DNA of 50,998 bases from Candidatus Nanopelagicales bacterium. Lineage in GTDB: Bacteria > Actinomycetota > Actinomycetes > S36-B12. The notes under the pieces were generated by a model. That model searched no databases. It saw only the letters and a list, made by a program, of their open reading frames with translations, and was not told the origin of the DNA. Positions 9,944 through 20,496 of this stretch are shown piece after piece (the first letter of the stretch is position 1; each line of letters opens with the position of its first letter). The position numbers and the translations under genes are program-made. The stretch spans positions 1 to 50,998 of the forward strand of contig DASYOJ010000193.1 in NCBI GenBank assembly GCA_036007925.1, read 5' to 3'.

Positions 9944-10689
9944 GGCTTCTCCTCGACACCATCTCGGGTCACCGCAAGGGTGTCGAGGTCTGTGGCAATG
10001 TCCCTCGCGGCCTCCCTGGGATCCGATGCGGCGGTTATCGGCCGACCGATGACAAGAAGGTCCGCGCCATCGGAGAGCGCTTGGCTGGGGGTGGCGGTAC
10101 GACGTTGATCGTCCAACTGTGCGCCGGCTGGTCGGACCCCAGGGGTGATCAGGGTGATGTCCCGAGGCACATGAGCCCGCAGGGCGGCCACTTCCTGTGG
10201 TGAACACACAATCGCCTGAGCACCGGCCTGCACCGCGGATTGTGCCCAGCGCAGCACGACATCTAAAGGTGAACCCGCGACACCGAGAGCACTCAATTGA
10301 TCAGCATCCATGCTCGTCAACACAGTGACAGCGGCTACCTTGCTTTGAGGTAGTTGCTCGACCGCTGCTGAAACCATCTGTGGTCCCCCGGCAGCATGCA
10401 CGGTCACATACGTGGGCTCGAGGGTCGCAAGCGCCCGGGCCGCTTTGCCAACAGTGGCGGGAATGTCGTGCAACTTCACATCGACAAACATCTCCATGTC
10501 CGCCCGACCGGCTATTGCGGCTTCCTCACGAGCCTGAACAACTGCCCCGGGCCCTTGCCGGCAGAAAACTTCCAGCCCGATCTTCAAACAGCGCGCGTAT
10601 GGAGCAACCGCTTTCGCCCACGTTCGCAACGTGGCATCGTCGGGAGCGTCCAACGCAACCGCGATGGGTGCGACACCCGTCTTCGTCAC
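9940..10689 (-). CDS. pyrF: orotidine 5'-phosphate decarboxylase
   Basis: IAVALDAPD and [13 protein letters not shown] catalytic Lys/Asp motifs. Start set at GTG 10689, which forms a GTGA overlap with the pyrD stop. Confidence 0.9.
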   Translation of the reverse strand: MTKTGVAPIAVALDAPDDATLRTWAKAVAPYARCLKIGLEVFCRQGPGAVVQAREEAAIAGRADMEMFVDVKLHDIPATVGKAARALATLEPTYVTVHAAGGPQMVSAAVEQLPQSKVAAVTVLTSMDADQLSALGVAGSPLDVVLRWAQSAVQAGAQAIVCSPQEVAALRAHVPRDITLITPGVRPAGAQLDDQRRTATPSQALSDGADLLVIGRPITAASDPREAARDIATDLDTLAVTRDGVEEKP

Positions 10690-11738
10690 GAACGCTCCTC
10701 GGTGATGAAGTCCCAATCCTCCAAGCTGGTGGGGTCATCGAGTGCGGGAGGTTCGGGGTCTCGATGGGCGCGACCAATAATGTCGGACACCCTTGAAAAT
10801 CCTCGCTGGTCGATCAGTTGCGCCAACTCCCTATGGATGCGCGCTGGAGCACTTGGATCATTGAAGACCGTGGTGCCTACCGACACCGCGTTGGCACCGG
10901 CAAGCAGAAATTCCATCGCGTCCGAACCACTGCGGATCCCTCCCATGCCAATGATGGGTACCTTCGGGAAAGCGGAGCGCACCTGCCATACACATCGCAC
11001 AGCGACGGGCCGGATGGCCGGTCCGGACAATCCACCGGTAACTCCGGCCAAAGCCGGTCGCATGGTGGTGGTGTCGATCACCATGCCCAGCAATGTGTTG
11101 ATCAGCGACAGTCCGGTTGCCCCAGCCTTGAGGACAGAATCGGCGATTTCAACAATGTCGGTGACATCTGGGGAGAGTTTCGCGAAAATCGGAGTACGCG
11201 AATCGCTGCCGCGTCGAACTGCCTGGATTACTTGCGCCGCCGATTCAGCGCGGCAGGCGAACACCTGGCCTCGGTCCGCGACATTCGGACACGAAATATT
11301 CACTTCGATTGCCGATATACCTTCCAAAGGCCGAAGTTTCGCCGCCAATTTCGCGTACTCCTCGACGCTCTCACCGGCAATTGACACGATCGTGCGAGCC
11401 CCCCGCTCCACGAGCCAGGCGAGGTCGTTTTCGATGAAAGACTCCACACCGGGTCCTTGCAAACCGATCGAGTTGAGCATCCCGCTGGGTGTCTCAGACA
11501 TGCGCGGGGTGGCTCGCCCCGCGCGCGGGCGCAGCATGATGCTCTTGGTGACGACCGCGCCCAGGGACGTGATGTCCACGAATGCATCAAGTTCGCGTCC
11601 GGCCGCAGCGCAGCCAGATGCTGTCAAGACCGGACTGGGCATCTCACTTCCCGCAAGAACTGTTTCCATATCCACTCGCGCGGCGGCGCTGGCGCCTTCT
11701 GCTCCCGAGGACCCATGCGTGATCAATGCGCGGCTCAT
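10686..11738 (-). CDS. pyrD: dihydroorotate dehydrogenase, class 1B catalytic subunit
   Basis: SPVLTASGC, NISCPNV (class 1 active-site Cys) and IIGMGGIRSGSDAMEF motifs. It is paired with an upstream pyrK. ATGA overlap with the pyrK stop. Confidence 0.92.
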   Translation of the reverse strand: MSRALITHGSSGAEGASAAARVDMETVLAGSEMPSPVLTASGCAAAGRELDAFVDITSLGAVVTKSIMLRPRAGRATPRMSETPSGMLNSIGLQGPGVESFIENDLAWLVERGARTIVSIAGESVEEYAKLAAKLRPLEGISAIEVNISCPNVADRGQVFACRAESAAQVIQAVRRGSDSRTPIFAKLSPDVTDIVEIADSVLKAGATGLSLINTLLGMVIDTTTMRPALAGVTGGLSGPAIRPVAVRCVWQVRSAFPKVPIIGMGGIRSGSDAMEFLLAGANAVSVGTTVFNDPSAPARIHRELAQLIDQRGFSRVSDIIGRAHRDPEPPALDDPTSLEDWDFITEERS

Positions 11739-12601
11739 CGACTCACTCCTTTATCGTCGTTGCCGGGGGCGCCCCACGCGTCTGAAGGAATGGTGTGGAC
11801 ATCTGCCCACCGCACACGATCGCCGCGGAAGATCGGGCCATCAACACATGAACGCACCATGCGGGTGATGCCGTCATCGCCGATAACCGGCAAGACACAC
11901 GTCATGCATACACCGATGCCGCAGGCCATCGCTTCTTCGACAGCACATTGGCTGTACACGCGTCGTTTAGTCGAAATGCGTGCCACTTCCGCCAGCATCG
12001 GCATCGGCCCGCAGGCGTACACCACATCCGCGCCAGCCCTTACGAGGGCATCATCCAGAACATCTGTCACCCGGCCACGAACACCAACGGAGCCGTCATC
12101 GGTGGTGATCGTCAAAGCCGAGGCGAGTCTTTTCAGTTCCAAAACACCGAAGAGGCGCGATTCGGTTGAGGCTCCGATGACCATGTCCACGCGGCAACCT
12201 CGCTCACGCAACTCCTGCGCCAGCATGAACAACGGCGCACTGCCGTAGCCCCCACCCACGAGAACACAGGAAACACCTTCCCGAGGTAAGGAGTAGGGCT
12301 TACCTAACGGCCCGACGAGATCAACCAGGTCGTGTCGGCGACGTTCGGCGAGCCAGCCGGTCCCGCGGCCTTGGACGGACACCGCAATGTCCAACGTGCC
12401 GCCGTAGACACCACGTGATTGCACCTGATGGATAGCGAAGGCCCTCCGAAGCACCATGCTCGATTCCTCACCGCCCATCGCCAAGGTGATGAAGTGCCCT
12501 GGTTTGGCAACGTCGGAGATGCCCGGGGCGGTGAGGGACAGAACGTGATAGTCCCCTGATTTCCGGTTATCCAAGACCTCTGATGTGATCTGCTCGGGCA
12601 T
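11735..12601 (-). CDS. pyrK: dihydroorotate dehydrogenase electron-transfer subunit (FAD / 2Fe-2S)
   Basis: RRAFAI FAD-binding motif and a C-terminal MACGIGVCMTCV...C cluster motif. The start ATG shares 1 nt with the carB TAA stop. Confidence 0.9.
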   Translation of the reverse strand: MPEQITSEVLDNRKSGDYHVLSLTAPGISDVAKPGHFITLAMGGEESSMVLRRAFAIHQVQSRGVYGGTLDIAVSVQGRGTGWLAERRRHDLVDLVGPLGKPYSLPREGVSCVLVGGGYGSAPLFMLAQELRERGCRVDMVIGASTESRLFGVLELKRLASALTITTDDGSVGVRGRVTDVLDDALVRAGADVVYACGPMPMLAEVARISTKRRVYSQCAVEEAMACGIGVCMTCVLPVIGDDGITRMVRSCVDGPIFRGDRVRWADVHTIPSDAWGAPGNDDKGVSR

Positions 12602-15600
12602 TAGTTCATCGTGCCTTCCGCCTCACTGCGCAGCCGGGCCAAATCCGCGGCATGCTCTTGCAACGATCGAACTCCAGGTTCATTTTCGACGAGGGCATCG
12701 ATGCCCTGGACGGCCGCGCTGAGCCCTTGCACGGTCGTAACGCACGGAATGCCCTTCATGACCGCTGCCGCGCGTATCTCGTACCCATCTACCCGGGGGC
12801 CAACGCCATACGGGGTGTTCACGATCAAGTCGATACCTCCGGCCATGATGACGTCCACAGTGGTTGGTGAACCATCTGTTCCAGGCCCTTCGTGCTGCTT
12901 CCGCAGGACCTCTGCCTCAACTCCATTACGCCGAAGGACTTCCGCCGTCCCCTTGGTGGCAAGAATGCGAAAACCTAAGTCGGCAAGACGCTTAATCGGG
13001 AAAACCGCTGCTCGCTTATCCCGATTTGCCAACGAAACGAAAGCTGTTCCTTTGGTGGGCAATCCACCGGCGTAAGCCGCCTGCTGAGATTTGGCGAATG
13101 CGACACCGAAAGAATCATCGATACCCATTACTTCGCCCGTAGAGCGCATTTCCGGGCCGAGAACTGCATCCACGCCATGAAAACGGCCGAAGGGTAAGAC
13201 CGCCTCCTTCACTGCGATAGCACTGCCAACTGGAGTATCGCCACCGTCGCCGTGTGCTGGGAGCAACCCTTCTGCGCGTAGTTCAGGCACTGTGGCGCCC
13301 AACATGATCCGAGCGGCCGCTTTCGCCACGGGAACGCCCGTTGCTTTGGAAACAAATGGCACGGTGCGCGAGGCACGTGGATTCGCCTCAAGGACGTACA
13401 AGGTGTCCTGGGCCAGCGCGAACTGCACGTTCAAGAGACCACGGACACCCACACCACGTGCTATCGCCAGGGTGGACTCGCGGATCCGTTCGATGTCAGC
13501 CGCACCCAAAGTGATGGGCGGCAGCGCACATGCGGAGTCTCCAGAGTGGATACCTGCTTCCTCGATGTGTTCCATGACTCCGGCTAGATACATCTGCTCA
13601 CCATCGAACAACGCATCGACGTCAATCTCGATTGCGTCATCCAAAAACCGATCTACGAGAACAGGATGTTCTGCGGTGACGTCCGTGGATCGACGTAGGT
13701 AGTCCTTGAGCATGGTGTCGTCGTAGACGATCTCCATCCCACGCCCGCCGAGGACGTAACTCGGACGCACGAGAACCGGGTAACCCACGCGAGCCGCGAT
13801 CGCTTGGGCGTCTTCGAAGGAGCGGGCGGTCCCATGTTCGGGAGCCGGCAAACCAGCCTTGGCCAGCACTTGGCCGAACGCTCCACGCTCCTCGGCAAGA
13901 TGAATTGCCGAGGGACTCGTTCCCACGATCGGCACGCCCGCATCAGCCAGCCGTTGAGCCAGACCCAGCGGCGTTTGCCCGCCAAGTTGCACGATGACAC
14001 CAGCTACCGCGCCACGCCGCGCTTCAGCGTAGAAGACCTCCAAAACGTCCTCGCACGTCAACGGCTCGAAATACAACCGATCAGAGGTGTCGTAATCGGT
14101 GGAGACAGTTTCCGGATTGCAATTGACCATGACCGTCTCATAGCCAGCATCGCTCAAGGACAAGGCGGCGTGCACGCACGAGTAGTCAAACTCAATTCCC
14201 TGCCCGATGCGATTGGGCCCCGAACCCAAAATAATCACTTTGTCTCGGTCAGACGGATCGGATTCGTCTTCTTCGTCATATGCCGAGTAGTGGTAGGGAG
14301 TTTTCGCCTCGAATTCAGCAGCGCACGTATCGACAGTCTTATAGACCGGGCGAATCCCCCATTCATGACGCAGCTCACGAACTTCATCTTCCGTAAGTCC
14401 ACGCAATTGGGAGATTTGCATGTCGCTGAAGCCGAGACGTTTGGCCTCTACTAGCGCGGATCTATCGACAGAGGGCATAGTGCGTAGAGATTCAGCTGCT
14501 TCATTGATCTGCTGGATTTGATCGAGAAACCATGGGTCGATCCCCGTGGCGGCGTACACCGCATCAATGCCGGCACCAAGCCACAGAGCTCGCTGCACCA
14601 GGGACAGGCGCTCATCATGTGGTCTACTCATGGATTCGAGTAATTCATCCAGATTTGGGTGATCCACGGCCTCGCGCGGCCAGGAGAAAACCGCACTCGG
14701 GCGCTCCATCGACCTGAGGGCCTTTTGCAATGCCTCCGGAAAGTTACGACCGATTGCCATTGCCTCGCCGACACTTTTCATTGTGGTCGTCAATGTGGTG
14801 TCGGCGCCAGGAAACTTCTCAAAAGCGAAACGAGGAACCTTCACCACGATGTAGTCCAACGTCGGCTCGAAAGAAGCAGGCGTCACTTGCGTGATGTCAT
14901 TGGGAATCTCGTCGAGTGAGTAGCCAATCGCCAGCCGGGCAGCAATCTTCGCGATTGGAAATCCCGTCGCCTTGGAAGCCAAAGCCGACGATCGAGATAC
15001 CCGAGGATTCATCTCAATCACAATGAGGCGTCCGTCGTCGGGGTTGATCGCAAATTGGATGTTACAACCGCCCGTGTCAACACCAACGGCACGAATGATT
15101 GCAATCCCAACATCACGCATGTGCTGATATTCGCGATCGGTCAGGGTGACGGCTGGCGCGACGGTTATCGAATCACCTGTATGCACGCCCATCGGATCAA
15201 GGTTCTCGATGGAGCACACCACAACGACGTTGTCGTTGTGGTCGCGCATCAACTCGAGCTCGTATTCCTTCCATCCAATGATCGACTCTTCGAGAAGTAC
15301 TTCAGTGGTGGGACTGGCTTGCAGCCCCGCGCCAGCGATTCGCGCCAGATCATCGGAGGTGTAGGCGATACCAGAGCCGGCCCCACCCATCGTGAACGAA
15401 GGGCGGACTACTACCGGGTAACCCAGATCCTCCGTCGCTGCGAAACACTCCTCCAGAGTGTGGCAAATGATCGAGCGGGCGCTGGCCCCACCAATCTGTT
15501 CGACGATGCCTCGGAATTTCTCGCGATTCTCTCCCCGCTCAATGGCGTCTACGTCGGCTCCGATGAGTTCAACCCCGTACCGGTCTAAGGCTCCGGAGTT

Positions 15601-15909
15601 GTGTAGGGCAATCGCCGTGTTCAGCGCAGTTTGACCACCCAACGTCGGCAAAAGCGCATCCGGGCGCTCCTTGGCAATGATGCGCTCGACATAGTCAGGA
15701 GTAATCGGTTCGACGTAGGTAGCGTCTGCGAATTCAGGGTCGGTCATGATCGTCGCTGGATTCGAGTTGACCAAAATGACCCGTAACCCTTCGGCTTTAA
15801 GGACGCGACAAGCTTGCGTTCCTGAATAGTCGAACTCGCACGCCTGCCCGATAACGATTGGGCCCGACCCGATAACCAGGACGGAGGAAATGTCCGAACG
15901 TTTTGGCAT
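12601..15909 (-). CDS. carB: carbamoyl-phosphate synthase large subunit
   Basis: 1102 aa with duplicated ATP-grasp halves (two [10 protein letters not shown] / [10 protein letters not shown] motifs) and a C-terminal MGS-like domain. Confidence 0.98.
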   Translation of the reverse strand: MPKRSDISSVLVIGSGPIVIGQACEFDYSGTQACRVLKAEGLRVILVNSNPATIMTDPEFADATYVEPITPDYVERIIAKERPDALLPTLGGQTALNTAIALHNSGALDRYGVELIGADVDAIERGENREKFRGIVEQIGGASARSIICHTLEECFAATEDLGYPVVVRPSFTMGGAGSGIAYTSDDLARIAGAGLQASPTTEVLLEESIIGWKEYELELMRDHNDNVVVVCSIENLDPMGVHTGDSITVAPAVTLTDREYQHMRDVGIAIIRAVGVDTGGCNIQFAINPDDGRLIVIEMNPRVSRSSALASKATGFPIAKIAARLAIGYSLDEIPNDITQVTPASFEPTLDYIVVKVPRFAFEKFPGADTTLTTTMKSVGEAMAIGRNFPEALQKALRSMERPSAVFSWPREAVDHPNLDELLESMSRPHDERLSLVQRALWLGAGIDAVYAATGIDPWFLDQIQQINEAAESLRTMPSVDRSALVEAKRLGFSDMQISQLRGLTEDEVRELRHEWGIRPVYKTVDTCAAEFEAKTPYHYSAYDEEDESDPSDRDKVIILGSGPNRIGQGIEFDYSCVHAALSLSDAGYETVMVNCNPETVSTDYDTSDRLYFEPLTCEDVLEVFYAEARRGAVAGVIVQLGGQTPLGLAQRLADAGVPIVGTSPSAIHLAEERGAFGQVLAKAGLPAPEHGTARSFEDAQAIAARVGYPVLVRPSYVLGGRGMEIVYDDTMLKDYLRRSTDVTAEHPVLVDRFLDDAIEIDVDALFDGEQMYLAGVMEHIEEAGIHSGDSACALPPITLGAADIERIRESTLAIARGVGVRGLLNVQFALAQDTLYVLEANPRASRTVPFVSKATGVPVAKAAARIMLGATVPELRAEGLLPAHGDGGDTPVGSAIAVKEAVLPFGRFHGVDAVLGPEMRSTGEVMGIDDSFGVAFAKSQQAAYAGGLPTKGTAFVSLANRDKRAAVFPIKRLADLGFRILATKGTAEVLRRNGVEAEVLRKQHEGPGTDGSPTTVDVIMAGGIDLIVNTPYGVGPRVDGYEIRAAAVMKGIPCVTTVQGLSAAVQGIDALVENEPGVRSLQEHAADLARLRSEAEGTMN

Positions 15910-17048
15910 CAGGCGTCGACCTCCGACCGTTGAGCTGCCATAACGTCGGCGAAGCGGTCGAACAAATAGGCGGCATCATGTGGACCGGCCGCGGCTTCGG
16001 GGTGGTATTGGACGCTGAAGGCTGGGCGATCAAGAAGCTCTAAACCCTCCACGACATCGTCGTTTAGGCAAACATGAGTGACCTTCGCCCGCCCGAAGGG
16101 CGTTTGGAACTCACGTCCGATGGGCGCCTCGACGGCGAAGCCATGATTGTGTGCCGTCACTTCGACTTTGTCTGTGGTCAGGTCCTTGACCGGCTGATTG
16201 ATGCCCCGGTGGCCGAAGCGCAACTTATATGTACCGAGATTCAAAGCGCGACCGAGAATTTGATTGCCGAAGCAAATGCCGAAGACAGGAACGCTCGAAC
16301 CAAGCGCATCCTGCATGACCTGCACCGCATGGTCTGCAGTTGCGGGGTCTCCTGGACCATTGGAGAAGAAGACACCATCGGGTGAGAGTTCAGCAATCTG
16401 ACCCCAGGAGTAGGAAGCAGGAACCACGTGCACGCGCATGCCCCGTTCTGCCATGCGCTGTGGGGTCATGGCCTTGATACCGAGGTCGACTGCGGCGACG
16501 GTGAAGCGGTGTTCGCCGATGGGTTCGACGACGTACGCCGAATCAGTGGTGACATCTGCCGTTAGATCAGCACCGACCATCGACGGACTGCCGTGAACCG
16601 CGGCCAGCATTTGCGCGGGTGTTTTTTCAGCGGCAGCACCACTGAAGATGCCGATACGCATAGCGCCAACCTCACGCAGGTGTCGCGTGAGGGCGCGCGT
16701 ATCTATCCCGCTGATACCGACCACGCCGAATTCGCGTAATTCCTCGTCGAGGCTTCGCGTAGCCCGCCAGTTTGAGGCTATCCGCGCAGGATCTCTGACA
16801 ACGTAGCCGGCTACCCAAATTCTCCGGGATTCACTGTCTTCGTCGTTGACACCCGTATTACCGATATGCGGTGCCGTCATGATCACCACCTGTCGGTGGT
16901 AGGACGGATCAGTCAAGGTCTCTTGATAGCCGGTCATCCCGGTGGCGAACACGGCCTCTCCAAATGTCTCCCCCACCGCACCGTAGGCGTGTCCAGACAT
17001 GGTCGTACCGTCCTCGAGAACCAGGACAGCTGGCTCACGGGCGGTCAT
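15909..17048 (-). CDS. carA: carbamoyl-phosphate synthase small (glutamine amidotransferase) subunit
   Basis: GICFGNQ catalytic Cys, HNHGFAV and SVQYHPEA motifs. 1-nt overlap with the carB start. Confidence 0.97.
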   Translation of the reverse strand: MTAREPAVLVLEDGTTMSGHAYGAVGETFGEAVFATGMTGYQETLTDPSYHRQVVIMTAPHIGNTGVNDEDSESRRIWVAGYVVRDPARIASNWRATRSLDEELREFGVVGISGIDTRALTRHLREVGAMRIGIFSGAAAEKTPAQMLAAVHGSPSMVGADLTADVTTDSAYVVEPIGEHRFTVAAVDLGIKAMTPQRMAERGMRVHVVPASYSWGQIAELSPDGVFFSNGPGDPATADHAVQVMQDALGSSVPVFGICFGNQILGRALNLGTYKLRFGHRGINQPVKDLTTDKVEVTAHNHGFAVEAPIGREFQTPFGRAKVTHVCLNDDVVEGLELLDRPAFSVQYHPEAAAGPHDAAYLFDRFADVMAAQRSEVDA

Positions 17049-17632
17049 GCGCGGGCCTCGCGTGGAAAAGTGGCCATGAGCCCATCCAACACAGTGCGGT
17101 GTCCGGTGGTGTCATCCGCCCGAAATCCCGTGTCCATTTCACGCTCCCCAAGCTGCCACGTGATGACGATCACGCTCCCTTTCGAGCGCACCGTTCCAGC
17201 GACCCCACTGTCAGCCCGAACGAAAAGCACATCGCTGGCCGGAATGGAAAAGGACGGCGCACCTTGTCGATACATGGAGATGCCCGATACCGACCAATCG
17301 ATCACAGTTCGACTGCGCACTCCCAATCCATGGGCCGCGATCCGATCGAGCCAGTCTCCACTGACCGCAGTTCCAACGTACAAGCCGGGAACCGCCTGCT
17401 CGGACGGTTCCGTCTGTACCGGCTGCGGAGCTGGCAAATCCAGTTGCCGACGCACGCGTGCCAACCAACCTCGACGCATGCCCCACAAGACCAGGGCGAT
17501 GACCGCCAACATGATGCCCACGAGCAGTAGGCGCACCGGCCAATTCGTCACTTCCGCCTGTTCTACGAACTCTTCGGTTCGGGCTCCTAACCGAGGTGCC
17601 ACTACGACGACAACCATTCCCTGTTCCATCAT
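17045..17632 (-). CDS. conserved membrane protein of actinobacterial pyr operons (single TM helix, function unknown)
   Basis: 195-aa ORF joined by ATGA overlaps on both sides (17045-17048 and 17629-17632). It has a hydrophobic helix [19 protein letters not shown]. It occupies the same position (between pyrC and carA) as an uncharacterised membrane protein in the M. tuberculosis pyr cluster. Confidence 0.7.
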   Translation of the reverse strand: MMEQGMVVVVVAPRLGARTEEFVEQAEVTNWPVRLLLVGIMLAVIALVLWGMRRGWLARVRRQLDLPAPQPVQTEPSEQAVPGLYVGTAVSGDWLDRIAAHGLGVRSRTVIDWSVSGISMYRQGAPSFSIPASDVLFVRADSGVAGTVRSKGSVIVITWQLGEREMDTGFRADDTTGHRTVLDGLMATFPREARA

Positions 17633-18915
17633 GCGATCACGCCATTGCGCACAGTTGGGCGGCCACGAAAGAGCACATGACGAACGCTTCCCGACAAAGT
17701 CCGCCCGGCATATGGGGTGTTATGACTACGTGAGGCCAAGTCTTCGGCCACCACTACCGTAGGCGACCGCGGATCCCAGACCGTCACGTTGGCAACGGAG
17801 CCAGGTTCGATCGGTTGACCTTGATCGTGAACACGGCCTATACGAGCTGGCGTGACGGACATCAACTGTGCGATGGAGCGCCAATCGATTTCTCCACCTT
17901 CTGCGAACACTTCCGCCACAATCCCTAACGCGGTTTCCAAGCCCAGCATGCCCATCGCAGCCGCAGCCCACTCGCAGTCCTTGTCTTCGCGTGGATGTGG
18001 GGCGTGGTCCGTTGCGATGATGTCAATCGTTCCATCCACGACGGCTTTGCGAAGCGCACGAACATCTTCAGTGCGCCGCAAAGGAGGGTTCACCTTGTAG
18101 ATCGGATCGAAGGTTTCCACCAGATCCTCCGTCAACAACAGGTGGTGAGGTGTCACTTCTGCCGTAACCGGCATACCTCGTGACTTCGCCCACCGGATGA
18201 CCTCCACCGATCCAGCGGTCGACACATGGCAGACATGCAAGCGAGACCCGACGTGATCGGCAAGCAAGACATCACGAGCAATGATTGACTCCTCAGCGAC
18301 CGCCGGCCACCCCGCAAGGCCCAAGCGACTAGAGAGTTCGCTCTCGTTCATCTGCGCTGCTTCCGTTAACCGCGGATCTTGTGCATGCTGAGCAACCACT
18401 CCATCGAATGCCTTGACGTACTCCAACGCTCGACGCATCAGCAGGGGGTCGTGCACACATAGACCATCGTCACTGAAAACCCGCACGGCTGCCGCACTCG
18501 CGGCCATCGCACCGAGCTCTGCGAGTTCGGTGCCCGCTAATCCGACTGTTACCGCGCCTACCGGACGCACTTCGACGAGCCCACATTCGATTCCCCGGCG
18601 CCAGACTTGCTCGACCACCCCAGCGGTATCAGCTACAGGAGATGTGTTCGCCATTGCGTGGACGCAGGTGAATCCCCCGAGCGCAGCGGCTCGAGAACCC
18701 GACTCGATCGTCTCAGCGTGCTCGCGACCAGGTTCGCGCAAGTGGGTATGCAGGTCCACCAGACCAGGCAAGACCACACACCCTTGCGCATCAAGAACTT
18801 CATCTGCGCGCCCGGAACCAGCTGGCTCGATGGCAACGATTTGCCCGCCTTCAATGACGACGTCACGCGCATCCTGCCCGTAGATCTCTCCTGCTCGCAA
18901 GACTAGGGAAGTCAT
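17629..18915 (-). CDS. pyrC: dihydroorotase
   Basis: VDLHTHLREPG and IATDHAPH metal-ligand motifs. The start is ATG 18915 (1-nt overlap with the pyrB stop) or TTG 18918. Confidence 0.95.
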   Translation of the reverse strand: MTSLVLRAGEIYGQDARDVVIEGGQIVAIEPAGSGRADEVLDAQGCVVLPGLVDLHTHLREPGREHAETIESGSRAAALGGFTCVHAMANTSPVADTAGVVEQVWRRGIECGLVEVRPVGAVTVGLAGTELAELGAMAASAAAVRVFSDDGLCVHDPLLMRRALEYVKAFDGVVAQHAQDPRLTEAAQMNESELSSRLGLAGWPAVAEESIIARDVLLADHVGSRLHVCHVSTAGSVEVIRWAKSRGMPVTAEVTPHHLLLTEDLVETFDPIYKVNPPLRRTEDVRALRKAVVDGTIDIIATDHAPHPREDKDCEWAAAAMGMLGLETALGIVAEVFAEGGEIDWRSIAQLMSVTPARIGRVHDQGQPIEPGSVANVTVWDPRSPTVVVAEDLASRSHNTPYAGRTLSGSVRHVLFRGRPTVRNGVIA

Positions 18916-19898
18916 CAATGCACCAGCCCTTCTTCGACATCCATGCGTGGTTGAGCAGACAACTCGGATACGCCACCCAGCAACAAATACAACACCGCCA
19001 TGCGCACATGCACCCCGTTGGTCACCTGTTCCACAACGACCGCACGAGGTGAATCAGCGACTTCCGCGGAAATCTCCACTCCGCGGTTCATGGGGCCGGG
19101 GTGAAGCACGATCGCTTCAGGTGGCATCAGTTGCATGCGACGCGCATCAAGGCCGTACAGACGGGAATACTCAAGTTCGTTAGGAAAGTACGTTCCCGCC
19201 ATTCGCTCTGCTTGCACTCTTAGCATCATGACGGCATCGACGGACGGGAGAACTTCCTCGATGTCGTAGCTGACCTCGCACGGCCACGATTCGATACCAA
19301 AAGGCATAAGTGTTGGGGGCGCCACGACTGTGACGTGCGCTCCCAGAGTCCGCAGCAGTGCGACGTTCGACCGCGCCACTCGACTGTGCAAGATGTCACC
19401 GACGATCGCGACGCGAACACCCGAAAGGTCTCCACTTCCCTCGCGTAGGTGGCGACGCAGCGTGTACGCATCGAGCAATGCCTGGGTGGGGTGCTCATGG
19501 GTGCCATCTCCAGCGTTGATAACAGAACCATGTATCCACCCGGCAGTCGCTAGGCGATACGGGGCGCCGGACGCACCGTGGCGGACGATAACGGCATCAG
19601 CACCCATGGCCTCCAGAGTTAACGCCGTATCCTTGAGGCTTTCCCCCTTGGAGACCGATGAGCCTTTCGCAGCGAAGTTGATGACATCGGCCGATAACCG
19701 TTTCGCGGCCAACTCGAACGAAATTCGAGTCCGAGTTGAGTCCTCGAAGAAGAGAGTGACCACTGTCCTTCCACGAAGGGTGGGCAACTTCTTGACCGAT
19801 CGATCGGTGACGCTAGCAAGCTCACTGGCGGTATCGAGGATCTGCACAACATCGTCAATGCCGAGGTCGGTTGCCGAGAGCAGGTGCGGTCCGATCAC
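18915..19898 (-). CDS. pyrB: aspartate carbamoyltransferase catalytic subunit
   Basis: [18 protein letters not shown] and LHPGPMNRG motifs. GTG start forming a GTGA overlap with the pyrR stop. Confidence 0.96.
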   Translation of the reverse strand: MIGPHLLSATDLGIDDVVQILDTASELASVTDRSVKKLPTLRGRTVVTLFFEDSTRTRISFELAAKRLSADVINFAAKGSSVSKGESLKDTALTLEAMGADAVIVRHGASGAPYRLATAGWIHGSVINAGDGTHEHPTQALLDAYTLRRHLREGSGDLSGVRVAIVGDILHSRVARSNVALLRTLGAHVTVVAPPTLMPFGIESWPCEVSYDIEEVLPSVDAVMMLRVQAERMAGTYFPNELEYSRLYGLDARRMQLMPPEAIVLHPGPMNRGVEISAEVADSPRAVVVEQVTNGVHVRMAVLYLLLGGVSELSAQPRMDVEEGLVH

Positions 19899-20440
19899 TG
19901 ATCCACCTGGTAGATAGCAACGCAGTCCTCGTCGTCGGTTTCACTGAGGTGGACCCGGACTGTCTCGCTTTGTGAGGTTGGCAGATTCTTTCCGATGAAA
20001 TCCGGTCGGATCGGCAATTCTCGGTGTCCGCGATCAACTAAGACAGCCAGACGCACGGCGGCTGGGCGGCCTAGGTCGGTGAGAGCATCGAGCGCTGCTC
20101 GGATCGTTCGCCCGGAGTACAAGACGTCGTCCACGAGAACCACGATTTGACCATCAATGCCCTCGCCTGGGATGCGTGTCTGCTCCAATGCACGGACCTC
20201 GCGCATCCGTAAGTCGTCTCGGTACAGCGTGATGTCCAACGAACCGCAGGGGATCGCCGCCGGAACGGACTCGATCGTGTCGATCTCAGCGGCGATTCGG
20301 TTCGCTAGGTGCACACCACGGGTGGGAATGCCCAGCAGCACCAAAGATTCAGTGCCCTTAGCCGATTCCAAGATTTCATGTGACATGCGACGCACCGCCC
20401 GACGGATGTCCGACGCGTCCAACACTGTGCGCTCAGGCAC
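19895..20440 (-). CDS. pyrR: bifunctional pyr operon regulator / uracil phosphoribosyltransferase PyrR
   Basis: [23 protein letters not shown]-binding loop. 181 aa. GTG start preceded by GGGAGGG. Confidence 0.95.
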   Translation of the reverse strand: MPERTVLDASDIRRAVRRMSHEILESAKGTESLVLLGIPTRGVHLANRIAAEIDTIESVPAAIPCGSLDITLYRDDLRMREVRALEQTRIPGEGIDGQIVVLVDDVLYSGRTIRAALDALTDLGRPAAVRLAVLVDRGHRELPIRPDFIGKNLPTSQSETVRVHLSETDDEDCVAIYQVDQ

Positions 20441-20445
20441 GAACT

Positions 20446-20487
20446 ACCCTCCCCTTCCCCGCCTCACAGGACGGGCTTAAAGGACCT
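20446..20487 (-). promoter_or_regulatory. PyrR-binding RNA hairpin overlapping the pyrR Shine-Dalgarno
   Basis: The minus-strand RNA reads GGUCCUUUAAGCCCGUCCUGUGAGGCGGGGAAGGGGAGGGUAGUUC-GUG. It resembles the PyrR binding-loop consensus (CCUUUAA ... GUCCAGAGAGGC ... AAGG). CCCGUC pairs with GGCGGG, and UCCUU pairs with the AAGGGGA segment that carries the SD. Confidence 0.6.
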
Positions 20488-20496
20488 GTGCTTAAC

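Noticed and set aside
9944-10207. Long N-terminal extensions in the ORF track. Affected genes are gmk (shown here), gltD (23409-23579), rpoZ, fmt, rsmB, trpC, hisF, dnaE and the response regulator.
   Set aside because: The extensions overlap the upstream gene and have non-protein-like composition. In each case a start codon overlapping or abutting the upstream stop gives the canonical N-terminus.
10396-11868. A 490-aa plus-strand ORF, the longest unexplained ORF in the track.
   Set aside because: It lies antisense to pyrF and pyrD, whose minus-strand frames carry unmistakable catalytic motifs. Its translation is R/S/P/T-rich and low in complexity, as expected for shadow ORFs in high-GC DNA.
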